Virus record (IMG/VR): IMGVR_UViG_3300034072_000758
Coordinates: 124,001-188,000 of that record
Reading direction: 5' to 3' (one strand)
DNA: 64,000 nt
Part shown: piece after piece, positions 1 through 10,006 of the stretch
Layout: every line of letters starts with the position of its first letter
Position numbering within the stretch: the stretch's first letter is position 1
Made by a program: the position numbers and the translations under genes
Notes under the pieces: generated by a model
The model's database searches: none
What the model was told of the DNA's origin: nothing
The model's input: the letters and a program-made list of their open reading frames with translations, nothing else

Positions 1-3000
1 AGGTCTTCCCGGCCTCTGGGATCAATCCCGTAGAGGTGGTTATGAATGGAGCTAATGCCGAAGGTGATCTGAATACAATATCGTTGTCCATATTCTCAAC
101 AACGTAAGAACTATTTGTGGTCAGAACGAGGTTAGCCGTGTTCCAATATGTTGTGGAGTTATTGTATACGCCGACGAAATACCACTGTGTATCCAATGGT
201 GTAAGCCCACGACTAGCATCAACGGAGTGGACCCAAACGGTGTCCCCAGCCGATATATGTGTCAGCGTTTGAATGTCTTCATACGAGAAAACGATGTTGT
301 TGACTTCGTTTGTTCGAACATATCCGCTGACCGGGAGATCGGTATCTCTCGGAGCGTAAGTCGTGCGAGTTTGGAAGACGTTCAGTGGATCGTCTGCGCG
401 TTCGACCCAACGTGTATCAACCGTCGTGTTGTCGTATATTTCAATCATGTCGTTTCCGATGGTATTACCCACCGAGAAATGAACGATCTCGGAATCACTA
501 GACATATCCGATTGTTGAATGAGGAACGATGCCGTTTTATTGCGGGCTACCCCGCCATATTGATCTATCTTGAAGGCCCATTCTTCACGGAAGGCAAGCT
601 CTCGGTTTTGATCCACATAATCGCTTCTCAGCAGTTTATCGAATGTTCCAACAGAACCCTTTTGCTGGATCATGCCCTGATAGAACTCGAACTGTTGAAT
701 TTCGTTGATGGCGAGGTTGCTCAAATAGTCGCGCTTGCTATAGCCGATATTATGACGAGCTTGTGTTGCGAATGTTGCGTTATTGTGGTCTTCGATGTCA
801 TACATGTTCAAGAAATCATCTGTTGATTTCATGAAGTTTGGCACGATTTCATTATTGGCGATTACGTAACCCGGAGCATCCAGACGCCCCGTCCAGTCCA
901 CCGAACGCTTACCCAAAATACGAATGCGAGGTTGTCTCAGATTGAACAGTGGGTTGTAAATCAAATTACCAAAGATAGTTTGATTACTGAACAAAATTGC
1001 GTGTTCGATTTCACGAACTTTAACTCGGATACCGTAGATGTCGCCATCGGTCGATTGGAATACAGTTTCGTCTTCACGTCTTGAAACAGCGACTTGTTCG
1101 GATGTCTTGGATACACCGGTATATCCGACAATGTTCTTTTTGCCGTTCACCGAAGTCATGACGCTGGATACGAGGCCGTGATCGGTCTTGTACTTCGCTT
1201 TATATGTTGATGGTGAGAAAAATATAGATTCGCCAGCTTCATATTCGACACTGGACCATTCCAAGAACTCTTTTACCGAGAGTTTCCAGTTGATTACGAG
1301 TTCATTTTCAACTTCATCAAACAACCATCCACGACTTTCAAGGTAACGCTCATAACCAAGGATAAAGTCGGTGACTTCTTGTGGTGTATAGAAAGTTGTA
1401 CCATATGGAATTTTAATAACTTCATCTTCGCCCTGACTGTAAACAAGAACACTTACGTTGTCGGATGCTGTAACCGTTCCAACTTCATCCCAGAATGCTG
1501 ATTCGAACACAGCCGAAGATAAATGGCTTCTCAGGGCCACATAAATCTTTCCGTTGTAAGAAATCTTGGTGTTGATCGCATAGTTGGTCGAAGCTCTCCA
1601 ATCATTATATGTGATTTCTTCCGAAGTCCCGGTTGTAATTTTATAACGAGGGCTTGTTATCATTGGTGGAATAATATTGAACCAAGGCTGGCTATCATCG
1701 TAACCGCTCATGGTCCAACCAGAACCATTCCAAGTGACAATGATCCCGCTATAGAAATCACTTTTTATTGGAGCCGATTGATACAAAACAAGGTTCACAT
1801 CGTCCGATGGGATGATGCCAAAATTGTCAGTTGTTGTGACCATATCAGAAACGGACGTGAACCCGCCCATCTTGTGACCGAGCATAACATTCAAACCGCG
1901 AACGGCATTACCAAAGATCGCCGGATCAGCACCAAGCGAAATAATATATTCACCGATGAATTGCTGAATACCACAGGCGTAAACCCGTTCACGATCCAAG
2001 AACTCTCCATGAACATAAAGTTCGGAGTTCTTTGGGCGATTTCCGGTTGTCAGGTTGATATATTGTCCATTATCGATCTTGCGGTTGTTGATTGTATCCC
2101 AGCCTTCTTCGATGAACTTTGCTGGCTTCAACAGGAAGCTTGCGATAGCTTGTGCGTAGGCATAAGCCGATGACAAACGCCACAAGTTTTCAACAGGGCT
2201 ACAATCACCATAAACCCATTCACTTGCGGCATCAGACATGATCGGAAGAACGATAACAATACGTGCTTCAACAGGATCGAGCAATGCGCCTTCTTCACTT
2301 ACTGGCAATATGTTTAGAATGTTAGGACGAGCATATCGCGCCGACAAGCCCGCGCGCTGCCCTTGGCGAATGCGACCTTCTTCAATGTCGGTCCACATCT
2401 TCGTGTTACCACGGGTGTATGGCGCAGCCCCATATTCAATATCCCACCAGACTGGCTTATCGGTGAAACCGAGCATTTCCCAAGGATGGGAATGCGGGCG
2501 GGTTGTATCGAAATATTTGAGATAAATCCCACGCCAGTTACCGGCCAATTGCGAACCATCAAACGCACCGCCATTAGTCATGTTCCATGTGAAATAATCG
2601 TCGGGATCGAACGAGTTGTTATCACGATAGTCGAGATTGTTTTCACTGGCCCACTTGTAGAAGCTGGATTCCATGACATTTAGGTATTCGTCTCTCGAAT
2701 ATTCCCCACCGATATAAACATGCTCCGTGATGTCAAAAACCGGGCGCTCAGTCAGCAGCGCCGGTTCAATTGCGTTATACAATTGATGTTCCAGTTCGAG
2801 AATAATATCATCGCGGAAATCGTTGAATGCGGGTGTGCGGCTTCCATCATGACCGATGATGAACTTGATTCCACCCATAGTGTCGTCAAAGAAGAAATCT
2901 GGCTTGCGCGTTATACCCACACCAATGCTGGCTGGTGTAATAGGGATATAGAACTGACCCCCACCCATCTTTGACAAAGAGAACGGGCTATCGGATGTTT

Positions 3001-5422
3001 TGTTCAGACGAATATTATACAGAACCTTCTCAACCCATGTTGCTGGTGGGTCGATTTCTGAAAGAGTTCCGTTTTCCAAGAAAGTTAAGATCGTTTGATT
3101 AAACTTGTTTTTGAAATATGTGTATTCGTGCTCAACAAAATTTATAGCTGCCACAACATCGAAACGAGAGTCACTGGCTACAAGCATAGTCTTCAACAGA
3201 GGGTTTCTGTGTTGAATGATGTAGTCACCATATCCGAAATACTTTTCAGTATCGCGGTAGTTGTTGATGCTATATGCGCTTCCGGCGAAGTTCGACTGTC
3301 CGGTCATGATCGAATTGAAATGATCGAACCACTTGTTTTTGTCGATAAATTCAACTTCTTCGTTATTTGGGTTAGCTTGTAGGTTCAGGGGTGTTGAGTA
3401 AACGCCATTAGCAATCTTTGTCTGGGAACTGAAATCCGGGTTCAAAAACCAATTATTCGAAAACTCATTTGTATTCCAGATGCGGTGATAGTAATAACCA
3501 ACGATCTCTTCGTTCTCAGCATATGTCACGCGATCCGTCATCGAATAGACTTGGAAAATATGTTTGTCGTATTCATTTAATACGGTCGGGAAACCAAGAA
3601 CGGAATCAGCCACACCATTCCCAATCTCATATCCGAATAGTTTGTTCCCGGCGAACGAAGATGTTGGATAAGTTAGTTCATCATCCAACTTGTTTTTGTT
3701 CGAATCATAGAGTTGGAACAGTGGCGGCACACCCGAATTATAAGCTTGGGCCAAGACCCATTGTGTTCCGGTGAAGCGGTATTCGTTGTAGTGATGGAAG
3801 TCCGAATAAACTTGTGGAATAGCTACACCATTGGCGTCACGCACTCCATTTCCCGGTACGAGACGAACGATGTCACCCAATTGTGGAGCGCCTTCGGAAA
3901 TCAGTTCAATAACCGCTGCGTTACCCCCCGTAGGCAATTCGATTTCTTCGTTGGATACGACACGATAGATACGTTGGTTCAAACCAACTTCAACGGTCGA
4001 GTTGGACTGAACGACCAAAAGGCGATCATTCGGTTGAAGAACATATGAGTCGGTTGTGCCGGGATTGACCACGATACTACCAACATATTCACCATTTATT
4101 TCCCCGAAGAACTTACCATTGATGTGTGACAGAGTAACTTGTTCTTCGTCCCATACGTTGTTGTCATATGGGTACAAATCCCAATGGTCAATAACATCGA
4201 GATCATCCGTGAGCATGATTGCTTGAACGTCTGGTAGACGATTTGTACCATAATCATAGAGTTCTATATTCGGAAGGAACTCGATAATAGGACGCACGGC
4301 TTTCTTGGCATTTAGATCAAGGTCGGACCACTTCAAAGAATTTTGGTGTATCCATAGGTTTTTGAGAGACCAAGCATTGCGATCCAGAGAGCGTCTGTCG
4401 TTCAAAACATAAACGGGTGTCTCTGAACCAGCATCTTGTGTGTGATCATCTGTAAAAACAATCGATGTCCCAACTCCGTCAACGATGAACACCTTACCCA
4501 AGGATACCCCATCATTCAGACGAAGGCGCATACCCGAAGTGATCTCAACTTGGTCGATTTCTTTCCAGTATTCGGGGTTGAATGTATCGGTCGCTGTATG
4601 TTGTGTGATACAGAGATAATTGCGGGTTCCATAGTAAACGACTTCCCCAACGTTGTAGACGCGGCTTGAACGCACGTAGGACGCCCCAGAGAAGCCGTAA
4701 GAGTAGGCTTCCCAATATTGGAATGGGTGGAGTGCTTCGGCGGTCTTACCCTCGTATACGGCTTTTAAATCGCCATAACGGATGACTTCAATAATCGACC
4801 CAGCAGCCGGGGTAGCGATCTGTGCCTGACCGTTCACGATGTCGGCGGTGACTTCTTCACCGTTGACCAAAACGGACGGATGCTCGTCATCACCACCAAA
4901 GCCTAGAATGACCGATGGGAGTGTGAAGCGATTTTGAACGCCATCGCCGGTATAAACGTTTCTCGGCGCTTTCAAATTCAGCAGGGTCTTTTCATATTCG
5001 TCATCTGTCAAGCCACCCATCCAAATGTATTGGTTCGGGTTATTGATAGCATCCAGATTGATCGGCGGTGACCAAGAGTAATAATCCCCGGAAAAGAGGC
5101 GCGAATGATCTTCGACGTTTCCGCCCATGCTGTCGAGATAGTTGATCAGATCATCGTAGAACAGGGTATAGGCGACGTTACCATTCACCTTGCTGATCAT
5201 GGTTGGTTCGAGTTGATAATACTCGCGCTTGATGTCCTTCTCAGGAATGTAAAAGTCTTTTGTTGAGTCGAAATACGATGGCTTCTGTCCGATATAACCG
5301 GTCAAGGTTTCAGACGCACCACTTTGAAAGAGGTGATCGACCGTTGCGGAGAAGAAGTTCTTAAGAGTTTCGGTCTGATTGACAACCGGAAGGCTCTCAA
5401 CGAAAAAACGTTTCTTTGTCAT
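1..5422 (-). CDS. Giant virion structural protein (baseplate/tail-associated), >1800 aa, truncated by the left window edge
   Basis: Hand translation from ATG at 5422 gives MTKKRFFVESLPVVNQTETLKNFFSATVDHLFQSG...YYQLEPTM...RLFSGDYYSWSPPINLD. The frame is also open at the window edge and where spot-checked. No complete minus-strand ORF is in the track, consistent with run-off. Contains a CBM5/12-like motif near 1490-1603 (DWRASTNYAINTKISYNGKIYVALRSHLSSAVFESAFW). Preceded by TAAATA-N5-ATG. Confidence 0.85.
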   Translation of the reverse strand, partial: MTKKRFFVESLPVVNQTETLKNFFSATVDHLFQSGASETLTGYIGQKPSYFDSTKDFYIPEKDIKREYYQLEPTMISKVNGNVAYTLFYDDLINYLDSMGGNVEDHSRLFSGDYYSWSPPINLDAINNPNQYIWMGGLTDDEYEKTLLNLKAPRNVYTGDGVQNRFTLPSVILGFGGDDEHPSVLVNGEEVTADIVNGQAQIATPAAGSIIEVIRYGDLKAVYEGKTAEALHPFQYWEAYSYGFSGASYVRSSRVYNVGEVVYYGTRNYLCITQHTATDTFNPEYWKEIDQVEITSGMRLRLNDGVSLGKVFIVDGVGTSIVFTDDHTQDAGSETPVYVLNDRRSLDRNAWSLKNLWIHQNSLKWSDLDLNAKKAVRPIIEFLPNIELYDYGTNRLPDVQAIMLTDDLDVIDHWDLYPYDNNVWDEEQVTLSHINGKFFGEINGEYVGSIVVNPGTTDSYVLQPNDRLLVVQSNSTVEVGLNQRIYRVVSNEEIELPTGGNAAVIELISEGAPQLGDIVRLVPGNGVRDANGVAIPQVYSDFHHYNEYRFTGTQWVLAQAYNSGVPPLFQLYDSNKNKLDDELTYPTSSFAGNKLFGYEIGNGVADSVLGFPTVLNEYDKHIFQVYSMTDRVTYAENEEIVGYYYHRIWNTNEFSNNWFLNPDFSSQTKIANGVYSTPLNLQANPNNEEVEFIDKNKWFDHFNSIMTGQSNFAGSAYSINNYRDTEKYFGYGDYIIQHRNPLLKTMLVASDSRFDVVAAINFVEHEYTYFKNKFNQTILTFLENGTLSEIDPPATWVEKVLYNIRLNKTSDSPFSLSKMGGGQFYIPITPASIGVGITRKPDFFFDDTMGGIKFIIGHDGSRTPAFNDFRDDIILELEHQLYNAIEPALLTERPVFDITEHVYIGGEYSRDEYLNVMESSFYKWASENNLDYRDNNSFDPDDYFTWNMTNGGAFDGSQLAGNWRGIYLKYFDTTRPHSHPWEMLGFTDKPVWWDIEYGAAPYTRGNTKMWTDIEEGRIRQGQRAGLSARYARPNILNILPVSEEGALLDPVEARIVIVLPIMSDAASEWVYGDCSPVENLWRLSSAYAYAQAIASFLLKPAKFIEEGWDTINNRKIDNGQYINLTTGNRPKNSELYVHGEFLDRERVYACGIQQFIGEYIISLGADPAIFGNAVRGLNVMLGHKMGGFTSVSDMVTTTDNFGIIPSDDVNLVLYQSAPIKSDFYSGIIVTWNGSGWTMSGYDDSQPWFNIIPPMITSPRYKITTGTSEEITYNDWRASTNYAINTKISYNGKIYVALRSHLSSAVFESAFWDEVGTVTASDNVSVLVYSQGEDEVIKIPYGTTFYTPQEVTDFILGYERYLESRGWLFDEVENELVINWKLSVKEFLEWSSVEYEAGESIFFSPSTYKAKYKTDHGLVSSVMTSVNGKKNIVGYTGVSKTSEQVAVSRREDETVFQSTDGDIYGIRVKVREIEHAILFSNQTIFGNLIYNPLFNLRQPRIRILGKRSVDWTGRLDAPGYVIANNEIVPNFMKSTDDFLNMYDIEDHNNATFATQARHNIGYSKRDYLSNLAINEIQQFEFYQGMIQQKGSVGTFDKLLRSDYVDQNRELAFREEWAFKIDQYGGVARNKTASFLIQQSDMSSDSEIVHFSVGNTIGNDMIEIYDNTTVDTRWVERADDPLNVFQTRTTYAPRDTDLPVSGYVRTNEVNNIVFSYEDIQTLTHISAGDTVWVHSVDASRGLTPLDTQWYFVGVYNNSTTYWNTANLVLTTNSSYVVENMDNDIVFRSPSALAPFITTSTGLIPEAGKT

Positions 5423-5427
5423 AAGTG

Positions 5428-5433
5428 TATTTA
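5428..5433 (-). promoter_or_regulatory. T4-like late promoter box TAAATA, 5 nt before ATG 5422
   Basis: Minus strand reads TAAATA-CACTT-ATG. Confidence 0.75.
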
Positions 5434-5551
5434 AGGACTCTATAAAGTGCGTATATTATATTTATCCCCGTGAAAAACAGCATATTTAAAGTAAAAATTG
5501 ACCTCAATATTTTTATTATGCTATCGTCAATAGTAGATAAGGATTATACCG

Positions 5552-5758
5552 ATGGAATTAATTACTACAAATCTTCACATTATTGCCAGCGCAATATTGC
5601 TGTTGTTTTCGGCACTCAATGTTTTCTTTTATTATCGCAAGAAAACATCACTGAACCTTCAAGTTGCCGCATGGTTGTTCTTCGCAGCCATCATAGCATT
5701 CTATATTTTACAAGGGACGTTTACCTTCACCCTCTCGTTTGGAACAGGTGCCATCTAA
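5552..5758 (+). CDS. Small two-TM membrane protein
   Basis: 68 aa with two hydrophobic segments separated by YYRKK. Confidence 0.6.
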   Translation: MELITTNLHIIASAILLLFSALNVFFYYRKKTSLNLQVAAWLFFAAIIAFYILQGTFTFTLSFGTGAI

Positions 5759-5803
5759 AAATATAGATAAATATCTATAGATAAATTTTTCGGAGTGAAG
5801 GCT

Positions 5804-6148
5804 ATGACCGAAGAAGATAAAATCGTCTGGAATGAATTTGTTCAAAATATGAACAAATATGCTCCAACTGTTTCGTATTTCCCACCAGTTAAGCGCGCTT
5901 ATCGTTTGGACCTTCATGGTATGACGGTCGATAGCGCTCACAAGACTACTATCGACTTCATTGAAAAGTCTAAGGTGTCTGGTTTAAAGCATATCACGAT
6001 TGTGACCGGCCTCAGCGGAAACATCAAGAAAGAGTTTCCGTACTGGCTGGAACGCAATCCACATATTGCTAAGATCGAGCAAAAAAGCGGTGGTGGAGCC
6101 TACAAGCTTTATCTGAAAAAGAATCAGGCTAACAGCAGTAGAAGATAG
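5804..6148 (+). CDS. Smr/MutS2 C-terminal domain protein
   Basis: RLDLHGMTVDSAH...ITIVTG...GGGAY are Smr motifs; N-terminal EEDKIVW resembles alphaproteobacterial Smr proteins. Confidence 0.85.
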   Translation: MTEEDKIVWNEFVQNMNKYAPTVSYFPPVKRAYRLDLHGMTVDSAHKTTIDFIEKSKVSGLKHITIVTGLSGNIKKEFPYWLERNPHIAKIEQKSGGGAYKLYLKKNQANSSRR

Positions 6149-6462
6149 ATCGCATCTTCGGCTTGCTGTTTATGAAATAACCGATACCAACCTTGGATAA
6201 TATCGGCCCCTTCTCGGCGTCTATACTCAGGCCGAATGTGATATTTGAAATACAAAGTTTCACCTTCGACAGTAATAAGTATATCGCCGCTTTGATATGT
6301 TTCACTTCTGACTTTAAATGACATACCATTTATCTCAGTGTTCCATATACTTACGGACCCACTGTTATAAGACACGCTGTAAATAGGACACATCTTTTGG
6401 CTATTCAAAAAGATTGAATAGTGAGGGACGTTCCTTTCAACAATAGGCCGCTTAAGAAGCAT
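6124..6462 (-). CDS. Hypothetical protein with C-terminal acidic-hydrophobic motif
   Basis: Ends QQAEDAIYLLLLLA*. Confidence 0.65.
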   Translation of the reverse strand: MLLKRPIVERNVPHYSIFLNSQKMCPIYSVSYNSGSVSIWNTEINGMSFKVRSETYQSGDILITVEGETLYFKYHIRPEYRRREGADIIQGWYRLFHKQQAEDAIYLLLLLA

Positions 6463-6466
6463 AACC

Positions 6467-6931
6467 TTACCAGTAGTGATTGAACAGATAGAACTTGAAG
6501 TTGCCGCGCTTCAAGATTTCGGGATAGTCCGCGAATATCTCGTTGATCTTTTCCCAGATGCCTTCGGGATCGGGGAGACTTTTCGGATCAAGATGTACGG
6601 GATCGTCAGTGTCATTGATGACTTTGAGCCATCCGAGATAGTAATCATCTTCGCCATAATTACTCAAGACGCCTTCCCAGCCGTTCGGAAGTTTGATCCC
6701 ATTTAGCTCGCCATCTTCGTGGACGAACTCGCCAAACAAGTTGCGAAATTCATCCCACCGAGGACGAGACGCAGTTTGTGTAACTGCGACCTTCTTACCG
6801 CAATGTGGACAGAACTTAGCAGTCTCGTCTTTTTCGCATTCGCAGGATTTGACGGAAATGATTTCCTTCGGGAAAGAGCCGATTCCGAACTTGAGTGCGA
6901 AACCAGCATGAACGTATCTCGAAGTACCCAT
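6467..6931 (-). CDS. Zinc-ribbon-containing hypothetical protein
   Basis: CECEKDETAKFCPHCG; AAGGA SD upstream. Confidence 0.7.
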   Translation of the reverse strand: MGTSRYVHAGFALKFGIGSFPKEIISVKSCECEKDETAKFCPHCGKKVAVTQTASRPRWDEFRNLFGEFVHEDGELNGIKLPNGWEGVLSNYGEDDYYLGWLKVINDTDDPVHLDPKSLPDPEGIWEKINEIFADYPEILKRGNFKFYLFNHYW

Positions 6932-6973
6932 TGTTTATCCTTTGTGCTTTCGAAGCACCATACAACAAATGGC

Positions 6974-7294
6974 TTATACCGCAAGCATCAATTTGATTAG
7001 CACTTCATCTGGATCAACATTATCCGGCGTCGTTACGATCACCTTATGTAAATATCTCAGTCTGATAGGATCGGCATTAGGGATGTATGGGTCAGAATCT
7101 CGAACGCCACGAAAAGTAAATCTAAGTTCAATACCATCGCCCTTGATAAAAATATCCCCGCCGCGCGCCATACCGGTTCTAAATTTATATTCAGTGATTT
7201 CAAAATAGTCTGGTTGCTTCCACAATTCATTGAGCTTGTAAGCAAAATTATACAATTCATCATTATGGCCGTTGGTTTCATATTCTTTGATCAT
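6974..7294 (-). CDS. Hypothetical protein with C-terminal motif
   Basis: Ends VDPDEVLIKLMLAV*; ATGA-coupled to the upstream gene. Confidence 0.7.
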   Translation of the reverse strand: MIKEYETNGHNDELYNFAYKLNELWKQPDYFEITEYKFRTGMARGGDIFIKGDGIELRFTFRGVRDSDPYIPNADPIRLRYLHKVIVTTPDNVDPDEVLIKLMLAV

Positions 7295-8037
7295 CGGGTT
7301 TCAAATCGCAAACGCAGATAGGTTTGAACTTCATCGTCCTCGGCGACATGAGCACAAAACATGAGGGCGATGGGGTGAGAAATATCGCGGTAAATACGAG
7401 ACACGACATCATTTGTTATGAACTTGCGGTTCACATGAATAATTAAGTTGGGATCGATGTCAATGATATACCCCAGCATATTTTCTGGGACCACATCGAA
7501 ACAGTGCGCTCGACCTTTGTTTAATAAAAATTTGATTGTTCTTTTCCAAAATCGATCTGGAAAAACTAAACCACGTTTACTCGCCTCATATATGTAACTC
7601 CAAGCGTCATTCTTGACTATCATGTAATACATTAAAGCGGGAGTAATTTTATCCTTCATATTATCAAAGAAAAAAACATCGTCTTCTCGGAAATTATAAT
7701 CCTTCATTCTATCAATACAGGCCAGCAGCGCAGCACGACATGGATTTTTTATGTATTCTATCGCATAACCATTGTATGAATTTTCAATTGCTATCAATTG
7801 TAATTCGGGAGACGGGTCTTCAACATAAGCGATAAATTTAGGCGAGACTTCACCAACCAATTTTTTGATTAATTCATAATCGGTTGTTTTCGATAATCGC
7901 TCAAGAACAATACGCTCATATTCAAATCGCCAATTGCCATCATACTTATCTTGGTTTCTCCCAAGATAGTCCTCTGTTTCTTTGATGATTTTAACAACTT
8001 GTGCTGGCTCAAGCCCATCGAAATCTATGCGAAACAT
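7291..8037 (-). CDS. Helical-repeat (DUF4116-like) protein with C-terminal motif
   Basis: YVEDPSPELQLIAIE / AIEYIKNPCRAALLACI repeats; ends EDDEVQTYLRLRFETR*. Confidence 0.65.
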   Translation of the reverse strand: MFRIDFDGLEPAQVVKIIKETEDYLGRNQDKYDGNWRFEYERIVLERLSKTTDYELIKKLVGEVSPKFIAYVEDPSPELQLIAIENSYNGYAIEYIKNPCRAALLACIDRMKDYNFREDDVFFFDNMKDKITPALMYYMIVKNDAWSYIYEASKRGLVFPDRFWKRTIKFLLNKGRAHCFDVVPENMLGYIIDIDPNLIIHVNRKFITNDVVSRIYRDISHPIALMFCAHVAEDDEVQTYLRLRFETR

Positions 8038-8222
8038 TAACGTACTCGACGGTTATTCATGTGAAGCAACCGAAGTACCAAAATTATCAGCATTGCGAAC
8101 AGATTGAATGGTGGCGGAAATAACAAGTACACGACCACAAATGGACCAAAGAATGTCAGGAAGCGCCAAGGCTCTTTTAGCCGGTCATACTTATCTAAAA
8201 GCTTGAAAACAGGCTCTAACAT
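8037..8222 (-). CDS. Small membrane protein
   Basis: Hydrophobic 61-aa ORF coupled to its neighbour. Confidence 0.55.
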   Translation of the reverse strand: MLEPVFKLLDKYDRLKEPWRFLTFFGPFVVVYLLFPPPFNLFAMLIILVLRLLHMNNRRVR

Positions 8223-8232
8223 GCTGTCACAC

Positions 8233-8451
8233 CTATAAATGAGAGAAGATATAAATCAACCCTAAGATAGCTCCGCCACATACTAAAAACAGAGCACCAC
8301 ATGCGAATAGTATTACGAAACCCACTACAACACCGGAAACAAGATCACCGCCGCCGGAACTTGATTCAAAACCATTATAGTTAGAGCGATAGCTTCTTCT
8401 TGTATCAACCTTAATTTCAAAAAAAGGCCGTTTACTTGAATCTGGCATCAT
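8233..8451 (-). CDS. Small membrane protein
   Basis: C-terminal TM segment; start moved to ATG 8451 because the track start overlaps the tRNA. Confidence 0.55.
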   Translation of the reverse strand: MMPDSSKRPFFEIKVDTRRSYRSNYNGFESSSGGGDLVSGVVVGFVILFACGALFLVCGGAILGLIYIFSHL

Positions 8452-8471
8452 CTTATTCCCTATGATAGTTG

Positions 8472-8545
8472 TGACCACGGCAGGATTCGAACCTGCGACC
8501 GTCCGCTTAGAAGGCGGATGCTCTATCCATCTGAGCTACGTAGCC
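8472..8545 (-). tRNA. tRNA-Arg (anticodon UCU)
   Basis: GGCTACG-TA-GCTC-AGATGGATA-GAGC-A-TCCGC-CTTCTAA-GCGGA-CGGTC-GCAGG-TTCGAAT-CCTGC-CGTGGTC-A folds as a cloverleaf; followed by CAA, so CCA is not encoded. Confidence 0.95.
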
Positions 8546-8553
8546 ATAAGGCA

Positions 8554-8583
8554 ACTATATGCATTGCGGTTATGATCTGTCAA
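8554..8583 (-). promoter_or_regulatory. Sigma70-like promoter for the tRNA/minus-strand cluster
   Basis: TTGACA-N18-TATAGT ending about 9 nt before the tRNA 5' end. Confidence 0.55.
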
Positions 8584-8654
8584 TTTATTTTGACAATTGA
8601 CATTATGTTTATTGGTGATAATGTATAAGCAGAGCAATTAATAGGAGATATTTT

Positions 8655-8879
8655 ATGATTTGGATTATATTCCCACTGATGGTTCAGCTTATGATGGTCT
8701 TCGTCGGTATTCCGTGGTTGATCGCGCTGGCTGCTATGTGGAATAATGAAGAGGCATACAAGTATTTCATCGGTTTGTGGAAATTATACGTGTGGATGGC
8801 TTTGGTGACATCGCCGATTCTTATTTCGCACGTTTACTACTTCGGCTTCGCCATCGGCGGAGAAGTTATTAGGGGTTAA
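8655..8879 (+). CDS. Small membrane protein
   Basis: AGGAG SD; two hydrophobic segments. Confidence 0.65.
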   Translation: MIWIIFPLMVQLMMVFVGIPWLIALAAMWNNEEAYKYFIGLWKLYVWMALVTSPILISHVYYFGFAIGGEVIRG

Positions 8880-8881
8880 TC

Positions 8882-10006
8882 ATGACGAATACGGTTTTTG
8901 CATCGACATGGGTGCGCTCTAGGTCACCAATCGAATCCACACATTCTTTCATTACCCCCACGGATGAAGTTCTGGCGGTGGTGAAATACAATATGATCAA
9001 CGGTGTTATCGCGGTTATCGATGATGCCAATAATGGGTCATACAAAATCACTCTTCAATCCAAGCCCAAACATGATACGGAAAACAGCGCCCTGACCCGC
9101 GCTGACACTATGATCGGTGACGATAATCACGTACTCAAGAAGCTAATGGATGCTGCCTTCTCTGATGATGATTACGAAAAGTATGATCCGTATCAGGGAA
9201 AGCGTCGTAATACCGTGTCGATGCCATTTGGGATGATGATACCTCCGCAAATTCGCGCTCAAATAGCTTTGGTGGATGATCGCGCCAATACTATAATAGA
9301 GAAAATAAAAACCGGTATCCAAAATACCTATTTCCAAAAGCTGTACGATACCGGCCAGCGCGCAAATGTCGATGATCTAATCTCTGATCTCAAGCTCAGA
9401 AAATACAGCGGTCAGTTAACCTTGGAGCAATCCAAAGATTATTATAGCCGCACCAAGTATCAACTCGGTCGCGGGTTTTTGGAAGTGGCTACGCTCGATG
9501 AAACGCTTGCTGGTAGAGTCGTATACTATACACCCGAACTAATGGCCCACGAGAAGGTAATTCCCTTCGTCACGCGCAAGCAATATATTGAATTTCTTTC
9601 ACGGTACGATCAATCGCGCGACGGCGTATTGACGGAAAGCGCAAGCAAGTTGATTGAGAAATTCGGCCTGACTGACGCGGAAATGGGTGAATTGCTCCTT
9701 CATCGACCAGTCCTTCTTCCCATGATTATGAAGCTGATGCCCGTACCAGAAAGCATTTTGGTTGAAGTCTTCAAAGGTCATCCTTCGGTATTTCATAGCA
9801 TCGACGCCACGCTGGAACAGTTTCAGCTATTCGTGAGTGCCAACAGCGTCAATTACACACTCAAGGTACTCAAGGATTTCAAATCGGAATGGCTCGAATG
9901 GCTTAACACCGAACTTCAAAAACACCGGGGCAGTCTGTTATACGCAGCGGACGATCATGCCAAGGTCAAGAAGCTGATGAAATCACCCCTCACCCAGCAA
10001 GCGTAA
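8882..10006 (+). CDS. Hypothetical protein (helical-repeat C-terminal half)
   Basis: 374-aa ORF with no recognised catalytic motif. Confidence 0.7.
   Translation: MTNTVFASTWVRSRSPIESTHSFITPTDEVLAVVKYNMINGVIAVIDDANNGSYKITLQSKPKHDTENSALTRADTMIGDDNHVLKKLMDAAFSDDDYEKYDPYQGKRRNTVSMPFGMMIPPQIRAQIALVDDRANTIIEKIKTGIQNTYFQKLYDTGQRANVDDLISDLKLRKYSGQLTLEQSKDYYSRTKYQLGRGFLEVATLDETLAGRVVYYTPELMAHEKVIPFVTRKQYIEFLSRYDQSRDGVLTESASKLIEKFGLTDAEMGELLLHRPVLLPMIMKLMPVPESILVEVFKGHPSVFHSIDATLEQFQLFVSANSVNYTLKVLKDFKSEWLEWLNTELQKHRGSLLYAADDHAKVKKLMKSPLTQQA

Noticed and set aside
227-4669. Track ORFs in 227-4669 (e.g. 227-826, 1523-2173)
   Set aside because: Antisense or out-of-frame shadows of the giant minus-strand structural gene.
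8452-8478. Track start of ORF 8233-8478
   Set aside because: Overlaps the tRNA acceptor stem; the downstream ATG at 8451 is more plausible.
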